From the NCBI GenBank assembly GCA_013265495.1, contig MU057651.1, forward strand, positions 1,375,674 to 1,439,673: 64,000 nt of DNA, in the 5' to 3' direction. The first letter of the stretch is position 1. Each line of letters starts with the position of its first letter. The notes under the pieces are model-generated. The model saw nothing but the letters and a program-made list of their open reading frames with translations, was not told where the DNA came from and searched no databases. This document shows, one piece after another, positions 53,040 through 64,000 of the stretch. Source of the DNA: Vicugna vicugna (taxonomy: Eukaryota). Position numbers and translations under genes: made by a program.

Positions 53040-53620
53040 TTCCTGGGGATCCTGTAAAAATGCAGATCCTGATGCAGTAGGTCCTGATGCGAGGTAGAGC
53101 CTGCAATTCTGCATTTCTAACAAGCTGCACCCATGCAATGTTGGTCCTGGGACTACACTCTGAGTTACACATTTGGAATAACTTTTTATTATGAGCACCT
53201 AGGACACTGATTCTCCGAGAGTGGTCTAAGTGGACTCTGCAATCGGCATCACTTGAGGGCTTGTTATAAATCTTCATTTCCTGTCATCATGGTAGGTCCT
53301 CTCAATCAGACCTTCTGCGGATGGGGTCAGCATCAGTTTTTAGCCATTCCCTCAGGTGATTGCTGTGGACGTTCAGTTTCAGAACCATTGCATAAAATTA
53401 GTGGTTCTCAACTGCAGCTCCACATTAGAAGGTACTTTTTAAAACACTATGCCCAGGCTGCATCACAGATCAAGAACGCAGACCCTCCAAGGATGGGGTC
53501 AGGGCACCTGTGTTGTGTTGTATTGTGTTTTGTTTTCCCATGTTTTTTTTTGTTCAACAGTTTGTTTTTGTAAAGTACCCTTAACTGAGCCTGGAACATA
53601 CTGAGGGTTCGAAATCACTG
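53040..53620. mobile_element. Cluster of MER5-type MITE fragments
   Basis: Repeated aaaatgcagat, tgcatttctaacaagc and agtggttctcaa motifs. Confidence 0.55.
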
Positions 53621-54028
53621 TTTAGGTGAATGCTTTTTCCTTCAACATCTACTGATGCATCTAGTAAAACAATCAAAAGTGTATACATGAGCATTTGTGC
53701 AGAAGGAGTGACTAAATCTTTAGAAAGAGTGAAGTGTAGTTGTGGTTGTAGGATCTGGAAGCTTGGGCTCCACTCCTAACTCTGTCACTTAGAATTCATG
53801 TGACTCCCTGAACGTCAGTATCCTCCTCTGTAACAAGAGGCCATAATACTTGCCCTTACACAACATAGTATCTGCCTCTCACAACTGTTATGTGGAAAGA
53901 CCTTGTAAACCATAAAATGCTGTCCAAAGAGGAAAGATTATCATTTTGAGATTTAAACTACAATATTAATGCATGAGGCAAATTTAAGTCATTAAAACTG
54001 AAAGCAGTAGGAAGGATTTCATAGGTGA

Positions 54029-54158
54029 TTTCTTTTTTCTTTTTTTTTGTGGGGAGGAGGTAATTGGGTTATTTATTTCTAGAGGAGCTACTGAGGATTG
54101 AACCCAGGACCTTGTGCATGCTAAGCATGTGCTCTACCACTTGAGCTATGCCCTCCCC
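54029..54158 (-). mobile_element. tRNA-derived SINE (Vic-1-like)
   Basis: Poly-T plus gaggtaattgggttatttattt tail, and the reverse-complement tRNA head ending ccctcccc. Confidence 0.85.
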
Positions 54159-54711
54159 GTCCCTGAGCTTTCCAACGTGGCCTGCTAATCCCTCCACAGC
54201 CCCACATGTGGAAGCAAGACGACAGGGCCCTGCCATCCCAGCCCTGAGGCCCCTGCTTCTCTCTGTGCTGGTTCATCACCCAAGGCCTGCCAGCCACAGT
54301 GGGATTCTACCTGCCAGCCACTACGGGGTGGGTGTGGGCCAGACTGCCCTGTGGGTTTGGGGGAATGGGGAAAAAATCTACTTCTTGCCCAAAGGGGCCC
54401 TTGGCAAAGCAGACAGGCTTTGATGCTCCCCAGCAGATTATTCTGGACCAATGTGGCTTGGTCCACACCAGAGGCCCTTAGAACACTCAGAAACCTCTGT
54501 CTAATGTGAGAGGTCCCCCACCCCCCTTCAATCCAACAAACCCTTCCAAGAGCTTCTCTAGATTTTTGTGGTCTGTTCTGGTTCTGGCCTAGACCCTTAT
54601 TAAAGCCCCAGGGTTCCACAAAATACTCTCACCCCCATCAAGCTCCACTGTATTGAAACAGGCCTGCATCAAACCTCAACACTAAATATGTAGATATTAA
54701 ACTCACATGGG

Positions 54712-54933
54712 GGGGTAGGGAATTAAGAGGTACAAACTACTGTGTATAAAATAAGCTACAAGGATATATTATATAGCACAGGGAATAGAGCCAACATTTT
54801 ATAATAACTTTAAATGGATTCAATCTATTAAAATATTGAATTACTATGTTGTACACTTGAAACTAATATAATATTGTAAATCAGCTATACTGTAATAAAA
54901 ATTATAAATAAAATAAAAATTATAAATAAATAA
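54712..54933 (+). mobile_element. 5'-truncated L1 3' end
   Basis: gctacaaggatatattatatagcacagggaat...; TSD aaactcac(a/t)tggg at 54699-54711/54934-54946. Confidence 0.85.
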
Positions 54934-55005
54934 AAACTCACTTGGGCACATGAGCTAAGGATGAAGATAAGCACTGGATATATAGAGGCAAGCGAATACT
55001 GTTTT

Positions 55006-55096
55006 TTAATTTTTTTTTAATGGAGGTACTAAGGATTAAACCTAGGACCTCATGCATGCTAAGCACACACTCTACCACCAAGCTATACCCTCCCCC
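55006..55096 (-). mobile_element. tRNA-derived SINE (Vic-1-like, short form)
   Basis: Reverse-complement SINE head. Degenerate TSD agcgaatactgtttt (54991-55005) / agcaaatacagtttt (55099-55113). Confidence 0.82.
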
Positions 55097-55150
55097 TGAG
55101 CAAATACAGTTTTGTATGTTGCTGGTACATTCCTAAAAGAGGCTACTTAC

Positions 55151-55217
55151 CAGCCGCGTATTTACCACAGGAAACAGCAGTGCCAAGAGAGCTCCATTCA
55201 ACATGTGCATCTGTAGC
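55151..55217 (-). CDS. TMEM164: TMEM164 internal coding exon (67 nt; probably exon 4)
   Basis: Minus strand: polypyrimidine tract ...tttttgtctctccAG, then G + LQMHMLNGALLALLFPVVNTRL, then GTAAGT donor (55145-55150). Peptide recognised as TMEM164. Ends in phase 0. Confidence 0.95.
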
Positions 55218-56399
55218 CTGGAGAGACAAAAAGATACAGTGCAGGTCACACTCTGACTCTGATGCCAAGGCAGACAAAAATGTGTCAGGTTATGCCATGC
55301 CAGATGGGAGAGCGTGGAAACAAGTGGCTGTCTGTGTAAAACGGCGCCAGAGTTGGCACACATGCATAATACATTAAAAGCAGCATATTTTGCATTAACC
55401 AAAATGTTCTGAAGAGCACCACCACTGCCTCAAAATCCCCCACTTTGTGAACACGCTTTGCTTACAACACTTCATTGCATAATGAGATCTGGGCTCCCTA
55501 AACATTTGCTCAGTCCCAATCTCAGCTCCAACTGCTGCAGCTCAGGCGGCAGCCAGGTGCTGGGTTATTACAGTAGGGACCTGTTTCTTAGAACATGGCT
55601 GCTGATTTACCCAATGCTCTTCCCCACACAGAGACCTGGGCATAAAAAGGCTAGCTTGTACAATCGAGGGAGCCAACTGCAGTGTTTTGCAGACTCACTC
55701 CCCTACTTTCTTAGAAATACCTTCAGGGGCTGCTGTGGGAGGTGGGGAGGGCAGAAGTGACAGCCGTCCAAGCTTTCTTTGATCTATTTTGCATACTGAG
55801 TTCTGTGACTTTTAAAGCAAAACAAAAAAGAAAAAGGGGGAAAAAAAGAGGAAGAAGAAAACCACTGCTGCTCAGCCTTGGGTAGTGATACTGTTTCCCA
55901 ATACCAGACTTATTAAAACACATGCTAGGAATCCTTTATAAGTTAAGAACAAGCAAATCAAGAACAAACTCTGCTTTTGCGAGCTATGGGGATGGATTTG
56001 AGCAGCTTCCTCCATTGTTCAAGGCAAATGGTCCTTTACTATTGAGGAAGAAGCAAGGAATGACAGTCTGTTCCTCCCAGAGAAAAGCTAATTTGTTGGG
56101 TCACGTACAACCAGCACTCAGCCAACGTGGCTTTTAGACCTTGAGACACTAGCTGGCTCACCCTTGAGCTGTCTCTCTTACACACACTCACATGCAGCCC
56201 AGCCATCCCAGGATCTCTCCTATGCCCTGACTGGAACCTAGAAGACCCCCTCCAACTTTAGCTCCTCTCTTGGGCTTACAGACGTGTGCCTAAGACTAAC
56301 AGCCCTTGTTAGAAGGAGCCTCAAGAGAACAGCACAGAAGCCCCAAGACTGCTCTTCATTTCCCCCAGTTTGCTTCTTATCACTGCTCATTGTTACCAA

Positions 56400-56650
56400 T
56401 GCTGTGATGATGGTGATGATGTGCACTTAACGTATTCCAGGCAAATATCAAATTAACTGCTTTACGTAAACTCTCTTGCTGAATTTTTACTGCAATCTTA
56501 TGAGATGGGTACCTTTATTTTTTCCATTTTGTGCATGAGGAAACCGGGTTCAGAAGTAAAGTGACTCATCAACACCACATATAGGACAGTAGTAGAGCCA
56601 AGATGCAAACCCAGGTTTATCTGACTCCAGCCCCAAACTCTTATACCACC
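56400..56650 (-). mobile_element. MIR SINE
   Basis: ccattttgtgcatgaggaaacc...aaacccaggtttatctgactccag. Confidence 0.7.
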
Positions 56651-57644
56651 TCCTTCATCCCCTTCCCAAGCTTAATGAGCTTTCAGAGGATGACTGAGGG
56701 GAGGATGCTCTTAGGCCAGGTTAGGCCACCAGTCCTCTAATTTAACAGGGCTTAGCTTCATCCATAAAAGGGTAGAGGCACACCATTGCAATTTCACTCC
56801 TGCTTGTCTGAGTTGGCTAGGCTACTATGCTTTTACAACAGGGTCGTTCTAGGGGGCATCCCATGCTCTGAGAAACTGATGGTTGAAAATCCTGGCTCAA
56901 GCCTCAATACCTGGATCAAGGGTCATTAACAGCCATTCTAGGCCTGCAATGAGGTAGAATGTGGCCTAATTCTGCCCCTGAACCCTCCTACATGACAGCC
57001 CCAGCCTAAACACTCACCCTGGGAGAGGAAAACAGTCTCACCACCGGCCCAGGTAAAGCTGAACTCTAGTGCCAGCCTTTGCCATTGGCTTTAAAAGAAT
57101 GCTGACATTTACACAAGGCCAAGTAAATATTTAGGTACCAAAAGTTAAATCTTGAGGGTGATGGAACTGACCCCAAAAGTCTATGGAAGGCCAAAGAAAA
57201 GGAAGCTAAAACCAACATCAAGTTTCAAAATGACTACGAAATTCCAAGACAAAGACAAGCTTTGTTCTAGGTCCTCAAAACTCAGTTCCACAAGCTGCAT
57301 ATATCCCAAAGGGTGAATTATCCTTAATACATAAAAAAGCCTTGCATATCAATAATTACAAAAACACCTGACATACATCGAGCAGTTCCATGGGCCAATC
57401 ACTGGGTGAAGTAGTCAAATGCATCATCTCATTTAATCCTCAGTTTTTATTATAATCAATATCACCTTCTTCAATTTCAGAGCTGAGAAAATCAAAGCAC
57501 TAAGTGATTAAGTGACTTGCCCAAGATCAAAGAGATAATGAGTGAAAGAGGGAGAAGTCACACTCAGAGCTCACCAAGTTTTAAGCCTGTGTTTTTGCCA
57601 CTGTACTCTGCACTTCAAATCTAAGACATGAACATTACACATCT

Positions 57645-57696
<52 letters not shown>
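57645..57696. repeat. (CT)n(GT)n compound microsatellite
   Basis: Direct reading. Confidence 0.95.
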
Positions 57697-57697
<1 letters not shown>

Positions 57698-58429
57698 CAG
57701 CAGACCAGGTAGGAAAAATGTTCTGGAACGCCCACGGGGCAGGAAAAGTCATACCTAAGAGCAATGGAACCCCTTGTGTGTTTGGTGGTAAAACTGCCCC
57801 AATTACACCACTGCACTGCCCTCTACAGACCCAGGGCACAGGCCAACAGGTAAATGACCACACCAGAGGCAAAGCTTTTTTTTTTTTTTTTTTTTGCTTT
57901 ATACCCTCTGCAGCCTGCCACTCAGACTTCTATTGGGTATTGGAAATGGAAAATTAGCCACTAGAAAGTCCAGTGAGAGTTCCCTCCTCTGTACAATGAG
58001 AACAGTAATAGTACCAACTCACAGAATTATTATAAGGACTTGATACGTATAAAGTGCTTAGAACAGTACATGGCATATAAGACTCAAACACACGTTTCTT
58101 AAATAAATGGTGAAGAGCTCACCTAAGAGCCACAAGATTAAAAGGGGATGGGGATCATGAATCATGTGGGAAAGTCAAACTGTTTTAAAAATTCCAAGTG
58201 TGAAAAGAGGTGCAGAGAGAACAAAAGGACAGATTAAAGGCCAGAGCCAAAGAGTAGAGCTTGGAGAGGGACTCCAGGTCAGTTAGTCAAGCTCATAAAT
58301 CTTCTTTGTGCTGGCTCAAAGACTTGGCCATTACCATTGTCACAAATATTTTGTCGGCTTGTTTATTTCTGTGTAGGATACTCTGCTAAGTTAGCTCAGT
58401 TGGTAGGAACCTGGGGCAATATGGCAAGT

Positions 58430-61400
58430 GTTACCAGTGTTACTGTGGTGATCATTTCACAACATACACAAATATCAAATCATTATGTTATACACCTGAA
58501 ACTAATATAATGTTATATGTCAATTATATCTCAGTTTAAAAAAAGAATTGGCAGTTAAAACCTTCTAAATAAAATGCAGATGGTTTCAGTGACCAATTCT
58601 ACCAAATATTTATATAATCTTGTCCAGAAAAATAGAACAGAAGAAAATATTTCTCAACTCATTTTATGAGGCTATTACTACCCAGACACCAAAACTGGGA
58701 AGGAGTGGGGGAGGGGGGAGGGGGAGGGGGAAGGAGGAGGAGGAGGAGGAGGAAAGGAAAAACTGAACTAATTATCCCTTGTGAACACAGACACAAAAAT
58801 CCTCAATAAAATCTTAGCAAATCTACTGTAGCAATAATAAAAAGAACAGGATTCTATGACCAAGTGGGATTTGTCCTGGTTGATTCAATATATGAAATTC
58901 AATTAATGAATTCTACCAAATTAACAATATAAAGAATAAAAAGTGTATGCTCATATCAATTGATACAGAAAAGGCATTTGTCAAAATTCAACATCTATTC
59001 ATGATTTTTTAAAAAAATCAACAAACTAGCAATAGGAGGGAACTTCCTCAACCTGATAAAGAACACCTAAAAAATACTACACTCAAAATCATACTTAATG
59101 ATGAAAGACTGAATGCTCCCTCTACTAATATCAGGAACAAGACAAGGATGCCCACTCTCAGCACTCCAATTCAACATTATACTGGTAGTCTTAGCCAGTG
59201 CAATAAGGCAACAAAAATAGTAGAGATTGGAAAGAAGGATATAATACTATCCCTTCTTGCAAAGAATTATTACATGTGCAGAAAATCTCAAGGAATCAAC
59301 AAAAAAAGTTCCCAAAACACATGATTATAGGATGACTGCAGGATTTCAAGGTCAACACACAAACATCAGTAATATTTCTACATTGTAGCAGTGTAAAATT
59401 AGAAACCGATTTTTAAAAAAATCCCCCAAAACTAAAATACTTCGGTATAAATCTAACAAAATATGTACAGAATCTCTATGCCGAGAACTGGAAAAATATT
59501 GATTAGAGAAATCAAAGACCTAAAGAAAGAGAATGACGTATCATGTTCAAGGATTGAAAGGCTCAATATAGAAAAGATGTCAATTATCACCAAAATGATC
59601 TATAGATTCAATGCAAGTCTGTGCAAAACCCCAGCAGGATATTTTGTGGATATAGGTGAAGTGACTCAAAAATGTATACGGAAGGGCAAAGAAAGTAGAG
59701 CAGCTAAAATAATTTTGAAAAAGTAGAAGATGAAAGAATCAGACTACCTGATTTTAAGGCTTACTATATAAAATTATAGCAATCAAGACAATGTACTATT
59801 GGCCAAGAAAAGACGTATCAGTGAAACAGAATAACCCAGAAATAGACCCACATTGACAGAGTAATTTGATTTTTCATCAAAAGCTTTAAAGGCCAGAAGG
59901 CAGTGAGTTAAAGTGCTAAAATGAGAGAACAAAACAAAACACTGTCAACCAAGAATTCTGTATCCAACACTACTATTCTTCAAAATAGAGAAATTAAGAC
60001 ATTTCCAGAAAAGCAAAACCTGAGGGAGGTTTGTTATGATTTGACCTGTCTTGTAAGAATTGCTAAAGGGACTCCTTCAGGTTGAAATGAAAAGACACCA
60101 GACAGTAACTCAAAAAACCACATGAAGAGATAAAGATCTCAGTAAAGGGAAAATATTGGGCAAGTATAAAAGCTCGTATTAATGTAACAGTAGTTTGTAA
60201 CCCCAACTTTTTCTACATGATTCAAGATATTAGTACATTTTTAAAAATACAATTATTAGTCTATAAAAAATACAATTATTAGTCTAAAGGCTAGTGTTAC
60301 TGTAACTTTCATTTATAACTCCACATTTTGTTTTCTACATAATTTAAGAGACTAATGCATCTTAAAATGATTAATTTTGGGGGCACACATGTATAAAGAT
60401 GTAATTTTGTGACATCAACAAACTCAAAGGGGTGGAGATGAAACTGTAAAGGAGTAGAGTTTTCGTATATTATTGAAATTAAGCTAATATAAATTCAAAT
60501 TGAAACATTTTAACTTTAGTATGTTAAATGGAATCTCCATGATAACCACAAAGAAAATAGTTGGAGAATACATAGGAAAGGAAATAATAAGAGTATTAAA
60601 CTGTTACACTACCAAAAAAATCAATTAAACACAAAAAAGGAGAGTAATGCAGGAAATGAGTGACCAAAAGTTACAAAGTATATAGAAAACAAATAGCAAA
60701 ATTACAGAACTCCCTCCTTATTAGTATTTACTTTAAATATAAATAGATTAAACTATCCAATTGAAAGATAGAGACTAGCAGAATGGATAAAAAAAATGAT
60801 CCAACTATATATATGCTGTCTACAAGAGACTCACTTTAGAGCCGAAAACACAAAAAGGTTCAAAGTGAAAGAATAGAAAAAGATACTCCATGCAAGTGGT
60901 AACTAAGAGAGCAGAGGTGGCTATACTAATATCAGACAAAACAAACTATAAATCAAGAGCTTAAAAGAGATAAGGAAGTATATTATATATTAGTAAAAAG
61001 TTCAATACAGCAAGAAGATATGACAATTATAAACATTTACATACCTAGTAACAGATCATCAAAATATATGAAGCAAAAACTGATCGTATTGAAACAAGAA
61101 ATAGATAGTTCTACAATAATAGCTGGAGATTTCAGTACTCCACTGTCAATAATAAATAGACAAAAGTAAAGAAATTAGGACTTGAACAACAAAATAAACC
61201 AACTAGATCTAACAAACATGTAAAGAACACCTTACCCAACAACAGAATTCACATTCTTAAGTGCACGTGGAACATTTTCCAGGATAGGTCATATGTTAGG
61301 TGGCAAACTAAGTGTCAATAGATGCTAAAACCTAGATATCACACAAAATATCTTCTCTAACCATAACAGGATAAAGTTAATCATTAACAGAAGCACAGTT

Positions 61401-62545
61401 GGCCCATGAACACCGCAGGGGTGGGGCAGTTAAGAGCATCAATACCCCCAAACAGTGGAAATCCCCATATAACCTTATAGTTGGCCCTCTGTACCTGAAG
61501 TTCCATATACACAGATTTAACCAACTCCAGATTGTGTAGTACTGTAGTATTTATTGAAAAAATTTCATGTATAAGTGGACTCATGTAGTACAAACACATG
61601 CTGTTCGGGCGTTAACTATAAAATGGGAAAATTCCCAAATTTGTGAAAACTAAGTAACACATTCTTACACAACCAATGGATCAAAGAAGAAATCACAAGG
61701 GAAAGTAGAAAATAAAATGCAAATCAAAATCATAATAATCTCACACCATTAGAATGGCTACTATCAAAAACACAGAAAATAGCAAATGTTGGCAAAGATA
61801 TGGACAAATTAGAACTCTTCAACACTGTTGGTAGGAATGTAAAATGGTACACAGCTGCTGTGTAAAACAGTATGGCCGGTTTTCAAATAATTAAAAATAG
61901 AGTTACTACATGATCGGCAATTCCACTTCTTGGCATATACCCAAAAAGAAGTGAAAACGGTCTCTGTGGGATATTTGTACAGCCATGTTCACAGCAGCAT
62001 TATTTACAACAGCTAAAACATGGAAGCAAACCAAGCGTCCATCAACAGATGAATGGATAAATAAAATGTGGTGTATACATACAAGAAATATTATTCTGCC
62101 TTAGAAAAGAAATTCTGACACATGTTACAACGTGGATGAATCTTGAGGACATTCTGCTAAGTGAAATAAGCCAGTTACAAAAGAATAAATACTGTATGAT
62201 TCCACTTATATGAGGTACCTATCTAGAGTAGTCAAAATCATACAAAAGGCGGAAAGTAGAATGATGGTTGCTAGGGACTGGGGATAGAAGGTAATGGGAA
62301 TTATTGTTTAATGGGTACAGAGTTTTAGTTTTTGCAAAATAAAGACTATGTGAGATGAGTGGTGGTGATGGTTGCAAAACATGTGAATGTACTTAATGCT
62401 ACTGAACTATGCACTTAAAAATGGTTAAGATGTTACATTTTATGTTAAGTATATTTTACCACAATAAAAAAATGAAAAAAGATCTCAGATCTGTACACCA
62501 AAAAGTCAACTTTACTGTATGATTTCGTAAATAAAATTCAAAAAT
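58430..62545 (+). mobile_element. Composite/nested L1 block
   Basis: ORF2 RT region (~58560-59880) abuts a second L1 with ORF1 end, endonuclease start and 3' UTR (~59881-62480). Remnant peptide RIERLNIEKMSIITKMIYRFNA. Confidence 0.82.
61396..61618. mobile_element. MER8/Tigger2-derived MITE inside L1
   Basis: Degenerate TIRs cagttggcccatgaaca / tgttcgggcgttaacta. Confidence 0.7.
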
Positions 62546-64000
62546 ATACATGAGAAGCAAAACACTGAACTCTCCCAGTCTCAGCTTTTACATCTACAAA
62601 ATAAGTGATCCAGGATTCTAAGCCTTTACCCATAGCTTTTTCACTCTAGTTTTTTAACATTCAAATTTTCCAACATACAGAAAAGTACAAAAATAATATA
62701 ATAAAAATCTCTGTGCCCACTATCCCGCTTTAATAAATTTGAACATTACTGATTCACTTGAAGCCCTGTGTATCCTCCCTAAGTACCATTCATCTCCTCT
62801 ACTCCCTAACGAGGTGGAACCTTCATTCCGAAGGAGTTGGAGTTCTTCCTGTGTATCTATGTTTTTATACATTTGTACATTTGACTATATCCACAAGCCA
62901 TATACATTGTTGTTTCATGTTTATCCTGTCAAATAAATGATATACTATATATAAATATGTGTGTGTGTGTGTGTGTATCCTTCTGCAAATTATGTTTCAT
63001 TCAACATGTTTTCCTCTAATTATCCATGTTGGCACATGTATTCTGTTTTTCACTGTTGTATATTATTATTCAGTTGACTACATTAGAAGTTATTTATACA
63101 GTGTATGTTGATGGACATCGGGATTTATGTTTTTCCTTTTAGGAACTACATTGAGATTTGCTTCCTGTAATTTGTATTATAAAAATAATAGATATATTTC
63201 CATCATCCCAGCACCTAAGGTCCTTCCACTCTGACCTTCTGTTTCCATAAGTCCTTGGTCTGAGATTATAAATGTTTTGCCCACTGTGGGAGGCCCCACA
63301 GCACAAGCCTCTCATGTAGCAGGGAATGCAGTTAGGCTCTTACATCTTTTAACTCACTTCTCAGAATGCATGGCAAAAATCACTGAATCTAGGTGGAGGT
63401 CATACCAGTGTTTGGTGCACTGCCCTGTTAATTTTTCCATATGTTTGAAAATTTTCAGAATAAAAATTGGAAAACAAAAAACAAGTAAAGAAAAACAAAC
63501 AAGTATAACAGGAAAGCTTGGCTGGCTCTCCCTGTGGGCATGAAGATAACTTTCTGGTTGCATAACTTTCTGGTGGCAACTGGTGCTTTCCCACCTCCTT
63601 GTTCTGGACCAGATGGGGCCATCCAACTGCAGAGACTCTAAAACCTTTCTTCCTGTGAATTTCAGGAAGCTGACCAAAGGTCCCATCTGGAAGGTGCTCA
63701 ACTAATAAAAGGGGTTACTTATCCAAAAGCAGTTTTCATTCTGAAACTCTACTTATCTGCATGAAAACAGTTGTCCTTCCCTGGGATCCTAATTCCAACA
63801 GTAAAGTACACAGACGGTGAAGTGTCAAGACAAAGATAATGCTATATATTATTAACACTTATTGATTACTTAGTCTATGTTAGGTTTCATGCTAAGGGAT
63901 TAACACGGATCATCTCTCATCTAATTGTCACCACCAAAGAAGTAGTTACTATTCATAGCCTTCTTTGATAAATGAGGAAATAGAGGCTAAGACTTTAAGC

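Noticed and set aside
55133..55402. 89-aa ORF as a standalone gene
   Set aside because: Only 55151-55217 is exon; the rest is intronic read-through.
1..64000. CRISPR arrays, rRNA genes, operon-like or novel multi-gene systems, other TMEM164 exons
   Set aside because: None seen. The DNA is mammalian intron, and I did not find the neighbouring TMEM164 exons, which are probably outside the window.

Overview
Mammalian genomic DNA, repeat-rich and almost entirely intronic. It is most likely camelid, inferred from tRNA-Ala-derived Vic-1-like SINEs and cetartiodactyl-type L1 3' ends. Two coding exons of TMEM164 lie on the minus strand (55151-55217 and 21688-21766), separated by a ~33 kb intron. TMEM164 is X-linked in other mammals. 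The rest is L2, MIR, L1, MaLR/ERV1 LTRs, hAT and Tigger DNA transposons, SINEs and unique intronic DNA. Three cellular-RNA-derived inserts sit in the long intron: a full-length COX20 retrocopy retaining a 22-nt intron-like segment, a U6 snRNA retrocopy, and a ~140-bp internal EIF3F cDNA fragment with no poly(A) or target-site duplication (TSD). Other notable structures are a ~340-bp high-identity inverted repeat, a 13-bp-periodic TGCGCA hairpin in a CpG-rich patch, and a nested L1>LTR>L1 stack. I found no evidence for a new multi-gene system. Repeat family names and most repeat boundaries come from by-eye recognition and are approximate.
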